DNA of 32,000 bases from Mycobacterium leprae TN (lineage in GTDB: Bacteria > Actinomycetota > Actinomycetes > Mycobacteriales > Mycobacteriaceae), in the NCBI RefSeq assembly GCF_000195855.1, contig NC_002677.1, positions 3,030,001 to 3,062,000 of the forward strand, written 5' to 3'. A model generated the notes under the pieces. It was not told the origin of the DNA. It made no database searches and saw only the letters and a list, made by a program, of their open reading frames with translations. The translations under genes and the position numbers were made by a program. Position 1 is the first letter of the stretch, and the number at the start of each line of letters is the position of its first letter. Below are positions 1 through 12,099 of this stretch, piece after piece.

Positions 1-559
1 ATGTCTCCTCTGGAAATAATCAGCGACAACTTCGCCTAGTATTGACTAGGGATGTACGCTATCTCGATCTTTTTATCGCCGAGAAGGTTCAGACACGCCC
101 AAGCTGGGGGCTACTGCCCCGACGATGAGCCCAGCTAATCGCCGTAACTATCTTGCTATGTCCAGCGCAACGGGACCCGTGTCAGCGCGGAGGCACTCGA
201 TGACGATCAACCTGCATCAAGAGCCTCGCCAACATCTACTACCGAACCAGCTACGGCAGCAAAAACGCAGACGGTGGGCACTGAGGCCCGATCGCCGGGA
301 GTTATCCGCGAGTTTATCGGGCTGCCGGGACCAACCGCTGGGCGCACCGACTCCAGCGGGCACCCGTTCCAAGGGCTGTACTGCCTCGCGGCGGAACGTA
401 AGCTGAAGGTAACAATAAGGCCACCACCCAAGACGACAGCAACTTCATTTAAGCACTATATTAGGTAGTAGTATATAGGCCACCCACAGCATCGGATTTC
501 CTGGCTGGAATACCAGGTTCCGGGGTTTTGAAAGCACCTTGCTGTTCGATCACACATTA

Positions 560-1393
560 GTTGACCTCAGGGTCGAGGTACGCTGGCTGCTAGAAGCTCA
601 TAACGTAGAAACCGTTGTACTGCTAGGCAATTGAGGCATGGGCTACTTTATGCCCACCTACCAGCAGCAAGCGGTAGACCAGAACGTCATTCCGCTAGAA
701 GGTAGGCAGCCGAACTGATAAAGTTGCTCGTTACCTATGGCTATGTTGCCACCACCGTGTATCCAGGACGCCTGGATGTATGCTGGCGGCGGCGACTAAG
801 GCGACTCGGTCACCACCGATCCCAACCTGGATCTGTACAGTTCGCAAAGCGGCCCGCAGTGCGCGTCAGGATTTTGCCACTTGCTACTGCTTGGCGCAGA
901 CCAAGCGACACCATGCCATCACCAACTGGGCCCAGCCGGAGATCAAACGCGTTCGCCCAGCCGGGTTTTCCGATTTGCCGCTCGCTGCGATACGCACTTG
1001 GGCCGACCTACGAATGGTCGACCCCAGCATTAAGTCGACCAAGTGTGCACCCAACCTGTGTTACGCGGACATCCCGGGGAAAGCAAACCGCTCCGCGTAT
1101 GGCATCGCTGCTATCTGCACACTACGCAATTGGCTTAATTGGGTACCCTGTGGATGGCCTCAAGCCCGGGCCGAGCCACACCGGGCCCGCATAACCCGAC
1201 CGGCCTTGGTGATCAACACCAAGGCAGATGCAAGAGTTTGGCCGTTTGACGCACAGCGCACCCACGACGCACGTGAATACTGATTAAGACGCAATACTCG
1301 ATCAATACCAACCACTACATTTACCAACCCAGGCACGCGCAGCGAGCAGGACGACACCATTGCCAACTGGATCAACAAGCAATGGCAGTGAGA
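560..1393 (+). pseudogene. Decayed alpha/beta-hydrolase-like gene (Rv0272c-like position)
   Basis: Plus-strand frames give fragments such as '...ITRPALVINTKADARVWPFDAQRTHDA' followed after stops or shifts by 'DDTIANWINKQWQ', typical of the C-terminal part of dienelactone/alpha-beta hydrolases. It lies next to the fadE6 remnant. Left boundary is approximate. Confidence 0.45.
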
Positions 1394-1508
1394 GTTCTCG
1401 CCGAGCCACTGGCCAATCCATAATGTCGTTGGTCAACCAAACGACCAACTGTTAGCTTGGAAAGTGCTCAGCCAAAACAAGCCCCGCAGACATGGGAAAG
1501 ACGACCAA

Positions 1509-2390
1509 TGCCATTCGCTATTACTCCTGAGCATCAAAAACTTGTCGATTCGATGCGCTCCCTGTTAGCGCGTGTAGCACCATCCGAGCTGCTGTACAAG
1601 ACGATAGGGTATTCTCCTGGAAAACGTGTGAACACGCCGCCATACTGGCAAACTGCGGCTGAACAAGGGGCTTCAGGGAGTGCATCTGGCCGAATCCGTT
1701 GGCAGTCAAAGTTTCGGCAGGCCATCGTCCTGACCGAATTCGGCTACTGGGCCGATCGTGCCGTAAGCGATCTCCAGCGCGCTGAATCTCGGGATGACGA
1801 AGGGGCCCCCGGACCTCACAGTCGGTATCTAGCTCTGCTGGCCGCCTAGGCCGTCGGAGTGGCGCTCTGGGCAACCGACCCCGCAGCATCAACGTTCGCC
1901 AAGAGATCCGCAAGCAGTTCGGCAAACCGATTGGCCAGTTCCAGGACATCAAACACACATGCGCAGAGCATGCTAGATGATCGTTGACTCCGACCAGGCC
2001 ACCGCCGGGGTGTACAACCCCGCTCTCGCGACCGACGAAGCTAGCCAAAATAGCTAAAATATAGAGTTGGTTCCAGCGCTGAGATCCGCGCCGAGGGAGC
2101 CTCGCTCGATGCGATGCCACGCAAAGTCGCTATCGCCGAAGGCGGGTGGGTGTTGCCGTGTATACCCAAGCCACCAGGCCAGGTGGAGTAAGTCATCATT
2201 ACCCATGAGTTCACCGCCGAACAGGTTAAGCAGCCGCCTCTTGGCATCGCGGCGTGGATCATTTCGTCGATCGGAGGTACAAACGCCGAACGGCTGTTAA
2301 GGTTGCCGCACGACCCGTAACGACGTTCGGGCGCTGAAGGTTTTTGCCGCACCGAAGCGGCCAAAAGCCTCCAGCCCCTCAGCAGGGGCA
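1509..2390 (+). pseudogene. fadE6: Acyl-CoA dehydrogenase pseudogene (FadE6-like)
   Basis: ATG at 1509 opens 'MPFAITPEHQKLVDSMRSLLARVAPSE...PPYWQTAAEQGASG' then 'IVLTEFGYWA'. After stops and frameshifts, 'THEFTAEQVKQPPLGIAAWIISSI' appears, matching the start of an ACAD domain. It sits beside fadD2. The right end is not resolved and remnants may continue toward 3.6 kb. Confidence 0.7.
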
Positions 2391-3659
2391 ACCGCGTTCA
2401 GCCAAGACATATCCCAGTGTTGGCAATGACCCAATAATGTTTTGTTGGTGCTTCCCATGCCATCCAGGCCCCCACTAATCCGTCGGTATCCCACCCCAGT
2501 CCATTGAGTAGACACGGCCTACGGCAATGCCGTTCTGCCGGTCAGCCAGATTCGCGGCAAGCACACTCTAGGCAACGATGTCTGCTGATGCGACGGTAGG
2601 CTCCTCGACAGTCTGAGTCGGAGCAGCACCGAACAGCTTTCTTTCCGGTCACCCCCTGTGCCCAGCGCACCAGCCGCAGCCTTACGGACGAAATGCAGTA
2701 AAATCAACAATTGCTAACTCTCCTTCCACAAGGTGAAGAAAATGCGAAAGTAAAAGAATTATGTTACTATTTTATGCAAAATCTACACGAAGAGAACTCT
2801 TATAAACTATCCTTGATATATACTTGATAGTCATCCCTATTACTTAGGTAATACCATGTACTAATGAAACCGTCTACGCACTAGTAGTAGACGGAATTCC
2901 TAAAGATATTGACTAGAGGAAGATTTTGATCTTAGCAGTCATCAAGCTGTTTACCGGTTCACGGGGCTAGGTCAATAAGCCTTGTGTATATTTAATATCC
3001 TTTCCTGATTGGGATCGAATAAAATTCCCTACTGCTCTAGGAACACCATATTCCCATCAAGGTGTAGCAAGTTTTAAATAAGTGGGCTTTGTTCACATAC
3101 AACAGCAGCGACTTTCGCTTCGGCGATCAAGGCGCTCGCGAGGCATAGGAGGCCCCCGGTGCCTGCACCTCAAAAATTCCGGTAACGATAATATCGATAG
3201 GGAGAATGTTCAACAAAACACATACTGATACCCAGATCTACTGACTTGCACCCCCGAGGAGGTCGTCGCAATGATGTCCGTACCCGGCCAACAAAAACAA
3301 CGTCAGAGGGTTCCGTGCGCACCCGAGGATAGCCCCGTTATCCAGACCCGGAGAGGACAAGACCGACACAGCTGTCGTCATTTTTGAGAACGCGAACAAG
3401 CGACCATTCAATCAACACGAGAACAACGAACACGACAAACGTTGACCTCGCACTCGCGATACACTGAGCCCTCGACTATCTGGCAACAAACAAGCCGCCG
3501 ACCGCCTCTCAGCGTCGTCCGCATCACTGTACAAGAAGTGTTTACCGCACTGATCGAGCAACTTCTGACCGACCTGGTTGAGCAGTCCGCCAAAGCCGGC
3601 TACACCACTCAGGCCCGACGGTAACCGTAGTGGAGGATCAACCCCCGAGATTGGCTATT

Positions 3660-5339
3660 TTAATGAACCTCGAAATCGCGGAGTTCGCGCTTGAGGACCT
3701 TGCCGGTGGGGTTACGCGGTAGCTCTTCGAGGAAGATCACTTCTCGCGGCACCTTGTAGCGGGCCAAGTGATCGCGAACGTAGGCTTTGATCGCGTCCTC
3801 GTCAATAGTGGCGTCCTGCTTCTTTACCACGAATGCACGCAGCCGAGCGCCCCACTCCTTGTCGTCAACACCGATCGCGGTGGCCTCCACCACTTCAGGA
3901 TGCCCGCTGATCAGATCCTCGACTTCGGCAGGGAACACGTTCTCGCCGCCGGAAACGATCATCTCATCGTCACGGCCACTGATATACAGCAAGTCATGCT
4001 CATCGAAGTAGCCGACGTCGCCCGACGATAACAGGCCATCGATAATCTGCTTGCCACCGCCGCCAGTGTAACCCTCGAATGGGAAGGCGTTCCCTACGAA
4101 GATCCGACCAACCTGGCCTCGCGGCACTTCTTTGCCGCTATCGTCAAGGATCTTAACCTTGACGCCCTTAACTACCGGACCAACTGTCGCCGAGTTGATT
4201 TGCAGGTCCTTGGGTCCTGCTATCGTGGCAAACGCGATCTCGGTCGAACCGTACATGTTGTAGATGACGGGGCCGAGTTCCTCGAGCGCGCGTGTGGCTA
4301 GTTCGGCACCCAGTTGCGATCCAGATACGAACACGACACGCAAGCTGGACAAATCGGACTTGGTCTCCAAGTTCTCGAGCGTGTCGAGGATCCGCGACAG
4401 CATGACCGGCACCACAACCATGGCTGTTGCCTGGTGTTTTTCGATGTCTTCGAGCACTGTCGCCGGCTTGAACCGGCGCCGCAGCACCAGCGTCGACCCC
4501 AGGAACATCGCAAGCGTGGCGTGCAGATACCCCAGAGCGTGGAACATCGGCGCCGGCAGCAACGTCACCTCGTGCGCCCTGAACGGGACCTTCGACAAGA
4601 TGCCACCGAGTGGCGCAAGCGATGCGGGGGTATTGCGGTTGGCTCCCTTAGGGGTGCCGGTCGTCCCGCTGGTCAGGATGATGATCGAGGCGCGCTTACG
4701 TACCTTCGGGGCTGGCGCGCTGCTACTGCGCGCGATTAACTCCGCTAACGTCTCGTCGGTGCTGCCCGGCGGTTCCTCTTCGTCTGGGTTGACGCCGAGC
4801 GCCCGCAATTTGCCGAGTGCCGGTTCGGCTTTGCTGACAACTTTGGTGTACTCGTCGTCGTAGATGATTACCTTGGCTCCCTCGCGCTCCGACACCTCTT
4901 TGATTTGCGGGCCAGAGAATTCGCTATTGAGCAAAATAATGCGGGCGCCCACTCGCGCACAGCCGTAGTTCGCGATGACAAACCAGCGGTGGTTGCGTGC
5001 CAAGATGGCGATGCCGTCCCCGCCGCGGACTCCCTTGGCAATTAGCCCATTGGCCAACGCGTGGGCTGCCCTGTCTAACTCCTTGTAGGTTAGTGTCCCC
5101 TCTTCGTCGATGAGCGCCGCGCGGTGTGGAGAGCGCCTAGCCGGCATCGCCGGCAGCATGGCGAGATCGCCCCACTTTCTCATAGCGACGGCCATTGCGG
5201 CGTAGGTGAGCGGCGGCTCGAACCCGAGCGCGCCCGATTCGAAGATGCTGCGCAGGTAATGTACCTCGGCGGCGCCACGCTCAAGGTAGTGCCGAAGCTT
5301 GGTCACAGCCTGCCCAGGCAGGCCAGGGATGTTAGGCAT
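3660..5339 (-). CDS. fadD2: Long-chain fatty-acid-CoA ligase FadD2
   Basis: Uninterrupted ORF with AMP-binding motifs 'IIILTSGTTGTPKGANR', 'YNMYGSTEIAFATI', 'SGRDDEMIVSGGENVFPAEVED' and 'LPRNPTGKVLKREL'. The ORF track starts at 5456, but the family N-terminus (MPNxxxLPGQAVxKL) starts at codon 40, i.e. 5339. Confidence 0.93.
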   Translation of the reverse strand: MPNIPGLPGQAVTKLRHYLERGAAEVHYLRSIFESGALGFEPPLTYAAMAVAMRKWGDLAMLPAMPARRSPHRAALIDEEGTLTYKELDRAAHALANGLIAKGVRGGDGIAILARNHRWFVIANYGCARVGARIILLNSEFSGPQIKEVSEREGAKVIIYDDEYTKVVSKAEPALGKLRALGVNPDEEEPPGSTDETLAELIARSSSAPAPKVRKRASIIILTSGTTGTPKGANRNTPASLAPLGGILSKVPFRAHEVTLLPAPMFHALGYLHATLAMFLGSTLVLRRRFKPATVLEDIEKHQATAMVVVPVMLSRILDTLENLETKSDLSSLRVVFVSGSQLGAELATRALEELGPVIYNMYGSTEIAFATIAGPKDLQINSATVGPVVKGVKVKILDDSGKEVPRGQVGRIFVGNAFPFEGYTGGGGKQIIDGLLSSGDVGYFDEHDLLYISGRDDEMIVSGGENVFPAEVEDLISGHPEVVEATAIGVDDKEWGARLRAFVVKKQDATIDEDAIKAYVRDHLARYKVPREVIFLEELPRNPTGKVLKRELRDFEVH

Positions 5340-5489
5340 GAGCACACAATATCGTGACGTAGCTATACCAGTAGCGGCAAAAGAATGCGGAATTACCAAT
5401 GAACTGCCATGACCGGCCCGCTGGAAGTGGCCGGACACCAGGGTGCCATCACGCATACGGACAAAATCATCTTCGACCGACGAGGCGAC

Positions 5490-6310
5490 ACCAAGCTTGA
5501 CTTAATTAATGCAACTATTACCTGAATGTCACCGAGGATGTAGTACTGCGCGGTGTGGCAAACCGACCGATGATCCTGAAGCACTTCGATCAAAGGCATC
5601 TCCGAAGAAGCGGTGTCCTAGAAGCCTGCCCCCACACCGACCGGACTGGGTCTACGTTGCCAAACTGCGCTACACGTCGGGTACTTCAGCTACTAAAGCC
5701 AGCATACATGACGCTGCCGGCCTAACCTGGGTGGTTTCACCTGGGATGCGTAGATCTCGGCCCACATCCGGTGTTGGCCTAGGACTTCGGTCATCCCGAC
5801 TAGCAAGGCACCAACCTGAATCACGCTCTCGCGCTGGTGGCACGGTAAGTGCTGGAGAACTACGGCCTGGGGGCGTGGCCGAAGACTTGTGAGTCGCGAG
5901 GATTTCATCTCTATACCCGGATCACCCTGCGGTGACAGTTCGCCACAGGTACGGCTCACCACTCAGACCGTTGCTCGCGAGGTCGAGCGGCGGGTACCTG
6001 ATGGGCACCATCAGCCGCTGATGGAAGGAAATAACCGGCAGAAGGTCGGTCGACTTCAACCAGAACGCCAAAGACCGCACCGTCGCGTGGACGTACTCTG
6101 TGTGCGGTTACCCCAGATGCCCGGGTATCGACGCCGTTGCATTGGGACGATGTCGCCGATTGCAAGCACGAGACGTTCATCATCGCCACCGTGCCCAATC
6201 GATTCGCCAAAGTCAGTTACCCGGTGGCAGGTATTAACTACGCGCTTGGGCACGTTACCGACTGCTGATGCTGGCCGAAGAAATGGGACTCTTCCCAAAA
6301 GCAGGCACCC
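5490..6310 (+). pseudogene. LigD-type polymerase/primase-like domain protein pseudogene (Rv0269c/PolD2-like)
   Basis: Fragments in different plus frames line up in order: 'YYLNVTEDV', 'LRGVANRPMILK', 'DWVYVAKLRYTSGTSATKASIHDAAGLTWVV', 'ENYGLGAWPKTCESRGFHLYTRI', 'LTTQTVAREVERRVPDG', 'DFNQNAKDRTVAWTYSV', 'PDARVSTPLHWDDVADC...TFIIATVPNRFAK'. Confidence 0.8.
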
Positions 6311-6704
6311 AAAGCGTCTGGCACACTGCTAGTCCTAACAGCGGTCGGTGCAAATTCCCGATACCGATTGTCTAGATAGCCCGCGCCAAGACCAAGGATG
6401 AGACGACGACAGCGCGCCGGTCGACACCGCCAGCACCAATCCCACCCGGCTACAACCAGCCAATATCTGTACTCTACGGAATGTGTTGGATCGAATTTGA
6501 TCCAGTATCGGAGCAGGATCAAACTGCAGCATGTGCCGATTAGACCAGCACCCACATCAAGACGAACTGATTACTGATTGCAGCCGTGGCACGGCTACAA
6601 GCCGAAAGCATTGCAGAACCACGAAGCGGTACAACATTACTCGAGCTAGTAATGCTTCCTGTCGGTGCAGATGCGAGCCCGCCACGCGATACTCTCAACA
6701 CGAC

Positions 6705-7424
6705 ACGAGACGGATGGGATCGGCGTGAGTTCCTGCAGCTCGTCGGGGCCCCACAGGCAGGGTTGCTGGACGCCAGCGGTTGTTTTTCACCCAAACGGCT
6801 GCCGGAGACCCCGGGAGGCGAAGCGGTAACAATCACAAGCCTTTTCGGTCAAACCATCATCACGGAGTCACTCAAGCGAGTTGTTCGTGCCGGTTACACT
6901 GACCAAGACGACCTGTTCGCAGGGGGTATGGTGCCCATCACGGTAATCAACTGGTTCGGCGATCAGCCGTTCGCAGTCTGCCAGTGGACCCAACCTAAAC
7001 TCGGTATAGCGCAACCCGTAGTGTTAAACTTCGATAACGGCATTCCGGTCGACCAAATCGCTGGACTAAAGACAACGCACTAGGGTAGCAGCCCTAGAGT
7101 ACTGGCAGACAGATTTCCTCGACGAGATGGGTTGGGCAATAGCCGAACAACATCAAATCGTTCAACGACGATCACCGCGCAATCATCCCACGTGATCACA
7201 TCAAAGCTATGCTTGGTTCCGCTGATGTGGCGACTGGTGACCGAAGGCCCAGATAACCAAAAGCCGATGCCGACCAACCCCGACACAGCAGCATCGCAAG
7301 GGACCTGAAAAAACTGTCACATTTTCACCGTCAAAGACCAGGCCGGCCCGACCGCCTTTTCGTCAACATTGAGCTAACCGATGGCCACCGAACAACTGGC
7401 TGAACAAACCGGCAAGATCCTGAG
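6705..7424 (+). pseudogene. Periplasmic iron-siderophore-binding lipoprotein pseudogene (Rv0265c-like) with internal deletion
   Basis: 'RREFLQLVGAPQAGLLDASGCFSPKRLPETPGGEAVTITSLFGQTIITESLKRVVRAGYTDQDDL...FDNGIPVDQIAGLKTTH*', then in other frames 'VAALEYWQTDFLDEMGWAIAEQH' and the C-terminal 'ATEQLAEQTGKILS*'. The central ~100 residues expected in the family are missing at about 7080-7090. Confidence 0.8.
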
Positions 7425-7528
7425 TTAAACCCGGCTCAATTACCTGTCTTTGAGCTTTTACTAAGGCACCTCTGGCAATGCTCCAAAATCCCTCCCCACT
7501 ACCCTTATTCCGGCGTTACCTTCAAAGA

Positions 7529-8206
7529 ATGAGCGTTATGGAAACAACAAGCAACCATACGCAAGAGCTATCTAAAAACTTGGTAAGGAACGATACCATT
7601 CTCAATTACGGCGATCAAGCGCTGATGCTGCAATGCGGCAGCACCTCTGATGTCCTGGCATGGGCAGATGCGTTACGTGCGGCGGCACTACCCGGTGTGG
7701 TCGACATCGTCCCAGGCGCCCGCACCGTGTTGGTGAAACTCGGCGGACCCCGCGACCAAAAGGTCACCCTTCAGCGGCTACGCAAGCTGCGGGTCACCCC
7801 GGAGGCGACTGCGCCAGCTGACCGCGGCGCCGACGTGGTGATCGACGTCGTCTACGACGGCCCGGACCTCGCCGAGGTTGCCCGCACTACCGGACTGACG
7901 GTAGCGAAGGTCATCACCGCCCATACCGGCACTCCGTGGCGGGTTGGATTCAATGGCTTCGCACCAGGTTTCGCATATCTGGTCGACGGCGATCCACGAC
8001 TGCGAGTGCCACGCCGGTGCGATCCGCGGACCTCGGTGCCGCCTGGTTCGGTCGCCCTCGCCGACGAATTCAGCGCGATATATCCGCGCCAATCTCCTGG
8101 CGGTTGGCAACTCATCGGCCACACCAACACAGTGCTGTGGGACACCAACCGGCCCAATCCCGCATTGCTGACACAGGGCATGTGGGTGCAGTTCCGTGCC
8201 ACGTAA
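7529..8206 (+). CDS. KipI/PxpB-family protein (5-oxoprolinase subunit B / allophanate hydrolase subunit 1-like; Rv0264c-like)
   Basis: Uninterrupted ORF containing '[12 protein letters not shown]', '[14 protein letters not shown]', '[31 protein letters not shown]' and '[13 protein letters not shown]'. The start is ambiguous; 7529 or 7538 is more likely than 7478. Confidence 0.85.
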   Translation: MSVMETTSNHTQELSKNLVRNDTILNYGDQALMLQCGSTSDVLAWADALRAAALPGVVDIVPGARTVLVKLGGPRDQKVTLQRLRKLRVTPEATAPADRGADVVIDVVYDGPDLAEVARTTGLTVAKVITAHTGTPWRVGFNGFAPGFAYLVDGDPRLRVPRRCDPRTSVPPGSVALADEFSAIYPRQSPGGWQLIGHTNTVLWDTNRPNPALLTQGMWVQFRAT

Positions 8207-8227
8207 AAGAATCGTAGAGAGCCCACC

Positions 8228-9145
8228 ATGACAAACCCGCCAATCAAGTTGGAGATCCTGCGTAGTGGCCCGTTTGCAGTCGTGCAGGACCTCGGTCGGG
8301 CCGGGCTGGCTCACTTCGGCGTCGGTCGGTCCGGAGCCGCCGACCGACGCGCACACAAGCTAGCCAACCGATTGGTCGCCAACCCCGACGACCGCGCCAC
8401 GGTCGAAGTGACGTTCGGTGGTTTCTCAGCTCGAGTTTGCGGAGGCAACGTCTATGTTGCGGTCACGGGCGCCGACACCAACCCCACGGCTAACGGTATT
8501 GTGTTTGGCACTAACAGTATACAACATATCCGCGATGGGCAGGTGATCTCGCTGGGCGCACCGCATGTCGGGCTGCGGACGTATCTAGCGGTGCGCGGTG
8601 GTATCTGCGTCACCCCGGTGCTGGGTTCACGCAGCTACGACGTTTTGTCTGCAATCGGTCCGGCGCCACTACGAGCCGGTGACGAGTTGCCAGTCGGCGA
8701 CCACACCGACCACTACCCCGCACTCGACCACGCCCCCGTGGCCGCCATCACCGGCAATCCTGTTGAGCTGCTGGTCATACCCGGGCCGCACGACGATTGG
8801 TTCATCGATCCCGACGTACTGGTGCATACCGACTGGGTAGCCTCCGACCGCAGCGACCGGGTAGGGATGCGGTTGCTCGGCAGCCCCTTGCTGTACCGAT
8901 ACCCGGACCGTCAGCTGCCTAGCGAAGGCACCACTTGCGGAGCAATTCAATTACCGCCCAACGGGTTACCAGTGATCCTGGGGCCCGATCACCCAGTCAC
9001 TGGTGGCTACCCAGTAGCGGGCGTGGTGATCGATGAGGACATCGACAAGCTCGCTCAGTTGCGGCCTGGCCAGCAAGTGCGGCTGCACTGGGTAAGGACC
9101 CAGTCGTCGCCACTGGAACGACTACGGTCCGCGTCCCAGAACTGA
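8228..9145 (+). CDS. KipA/PxpC-family protein (5-oxoprolinase subunit C / allophanate hydrolase subunit 2-like; Rv0263c-like)
   Basis: Uninterrupted 305-aa ORF with '[43 protein letters not shown]' and '[22 protein letters not shown]'. It starts 21 bp after the KipI homologue. Confidence 0.9.
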   Translation: MTNPPIKLEILRSGPFAVVQDLGRAGLAHFGVGRSGAADRRAHKLANRLVANPDDRATVEVTFGGFSARVCGGNVYVAVTGADTNPTANGIVFGTNSIQHIRDGQVISLGAPHVGLRTYLAVRGGICVTPVLGSRSYDVLSAIGPAPLRAGDELPVGDHTDHYPALDHAPVAAITGNPVELLVIPGPHDDWFIDPDVLVHTDWVASDRSDRVGMRLLGSPLLYRYPDRQLPSEGTTCGAIQLPPNGLPVILGPDHPVTGGYPVAGVVIDEDIDKLAQLRPGQQVRLHWVRTQSSPLERLRSASQN

Positions 9146-9185
9146 CTGTTCTAGTAACACCAACCCGGTAGATAAAGCCTGGTAA

Positions 9186-9740
<555 letters not shown>

Positions 9741-10749
9741 CTTGGATGGTAAGTATGTTTGGATTGTCATGGCCGCTTCTGCGTACGGACCCCGCCACTC
9801 ATATCCGAGATGTTCAAGCGAACCTACAGTGGCAAACTGGTTAGCGAGGGTCGAGCTACCCGCCTCGTTGCGTACCGGAATGTCCACCAGCCGCAGGCAC
9901 CATTGATGGAACTAGAGTCCCTCAGCGGCATTTCGCAGTGAAGTTTCCGATATCTATTGCGGTCTTGGTGAGAGCTCCATTTTTCTTGAAAAATAAGGAT
10001 ATTCGGTGACTAGTCCGGAAAGATCGCCCACCGCAATCGAAAAATGCCGGAACCATCCGGCAAAAATCGGCGTCACGGTCGACTTCGCAGCCACCGACGA
10101 GCAACCAACTTCACTGGCTACGACAGGAGCTTCAACACCATGGTGAACAACGCAGTTGGCCACTGTTTTAAGCGAAAATGAAAACAATATAATGCCGGGC
10201 TGCACCGAGCGACCTGACCCGACGCGCACTAGCATCTGTTCTGCTTCTCTGAGGGCAACATCAACGGAATTGGGGCGCTGATCAACGCGGTACCCGAATC
10301 CAACGTTCAGCGAAACGCTGACCACCAACGGCTGGCGAATGGACTTCCTCGGTACCGCAACATATCTTGTCGAAATTCAGGAATTTCTTCGACGCCAATT
10401 TACCAGAATGCTCGGGGACGAGTATTCGGAGCAACTGCGCGACGTTGGATACCAAATCGCAACCATTTTCACTGCTACTCAGTTCCGACTCGGTACACCT
10501 ACCGATGATGGCTTTGCACGCCAAGCTGATTGACTAACACACGCATCTCACTCCGAGTGCCTCACCTGGCCTGTACTCCGCTTACTGGGTCAGGATTGTA
10601 GCGGTGAGTCGAAAATTCACACACTGGGCCAGTGGCGGCAACACCCAGGCAACAAAAGGATTCTAGCGTGATCACGAGCAAGGTCACGATAGTAACCTCG
10701 GAGAATGGCTATAGGCCATTCACACCTGCTATCAGATTTGGATCCCGAA

Positions 10750-11540
10750 AACACTGCGGCCTAGGAAGCCGACAACCTAAAGCCTAGCCTGTAGCAACTT
10801 GATCTGGTGGGCCGCCACCAAGCAGATCGAGTTCTCTACCTGGTCTATCTGGTTAAGTGATGATGCCGGTTCATCCCTACGTCCGTGGATGACCTTTAGA
10901 CAGGCTATAAGTTCCTGTTAGGGCGCCACGGCAACGCTGATCGGAAGGATTCCCGCGAGTACCTCCTACAACATTTACCACCGCAAGGTTCGACGGGCGT
11001 AACTGGACCATATCTTCGCGGTGGTGCTGTTGATATTCACCATCGGCACACTACTACTGCCAGCCAATCCCATTCTGCCGCTGTGGCCGTACCTAGAGTG
11101 CACGGCCTTTGCCGGCTTAGTCGGAAGCAATTCCGCCTCGGCCATGACAAACATCAACGCGTTTTCCGCAGCGACCCACTGGCTGGGCACTGACTCGCAA
11201 CACCAGCGGCGCCAACCTCGAGATGCCGGCTATCTAGGCCCCGGTGGACCTGTCGGTGATCGCGACGGTGGGCAACCAACAGCCCTACTGGGTGTGTACC
11301 GTATATCTGGTGATGCTGGCAGTCAGCATAATCAACATGGTGAGCGACATGGACAATTTACACAGTACTGTATCGCGGTGAACACCTCGCTGGCGGTGCT
11401 ATCTGAACCGTATATCTGGCTGATCGCGCTGCTCCACATCGTCACTTTCGTCTTCGTCGGGTTTTCGTTCGCATTTGGCCCAGTGCTGCAAATACACGCA
11501 TTGCCGACAGTCAAAGCACGGCGCAGACTTCACTGCATTA
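10750..11540 (+). pseudogene. Nitrate/nitrite transporter (NarK/MFS family) pseudogene, copy 1
   Basis: Plus-frame fragments in order: 'NLIWWAATKQIEFSTWSIW', 'VLLIFTIGTLLLPANPILPLWPYLECTAFAGLVGSNSASAMTNINAF', 'VIATVGNQQPYWVC.VYLVMLAVS', 'YIWLIALLHIVTFVFVGFSFAFGPVLQ', which are NarK-family signatures. Multiple stops and frameshifts. Confidence 0.75.
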
Positions 11541-12099
11541 GAACCAAATCTTTTTTCTGTTACCACTCTTGGTCTAACTATACCGCGACTAAGGCAGCCG
11601 TATCACTGACCGCTTCTGAGGTGAGCTGGTCATCCTTGCCGCCTTCTGTGCTCTTATATCAAGCTCTGGAATAATTTTCACCGCAACAACTTTCGTTTAC
11701 TATACCGGAGGTATCCATACGCTGCCGGAACGATGATTCAGTTACGTGACTAAATTCTTCACACTGTCAGCGTAGACAATCGCCTGATATATAAAAAGAT
11801 TGCATAGATTTTCGAAGCACGCAACCGGTGACTGACGCCGAGCGGCGGCTGTAGTCATGTTCGATGTCCGGAGCACTGACTTGTCCTTGCCGGCACAAGT
11901 GGAGGCATCAGTGTCAATCTGACTTCGCCGCCGACCCACCGGAACAGTGTATCGGCGACATCGGCTTTTCTGGGTGTTCCTGGTTGATCTACGTGACCAC
12001 CTCGGTGTTGACCTGAGGACTTATACGTGCACCAGTCGCAGCCAGCCTCCGCTCATGCCGTGTTAGAAACTGCGTCGTCAGTGACGTCGGCTTAATGTA

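Noticed and set aside
3768-4863. Plus-strand ORFs (3768..4031, 3787..4011, 4264..4863) opposite fadD2
   Set aside because: They lie antisense to a well-conserved acyl-CoA synthetase and have no family-like motifs. They are typical shadow ORFs of a GC-rich coding strand.
10339-10533. 64-aa ORF 'MDFLGTATYLVEIQEFLRRQFTRMLGDEYSEQLRDVGYQIATIF…'
   Set aside because: It looks coding-like but I could not assign a family, and its context is degraded. Not reported as a feature.
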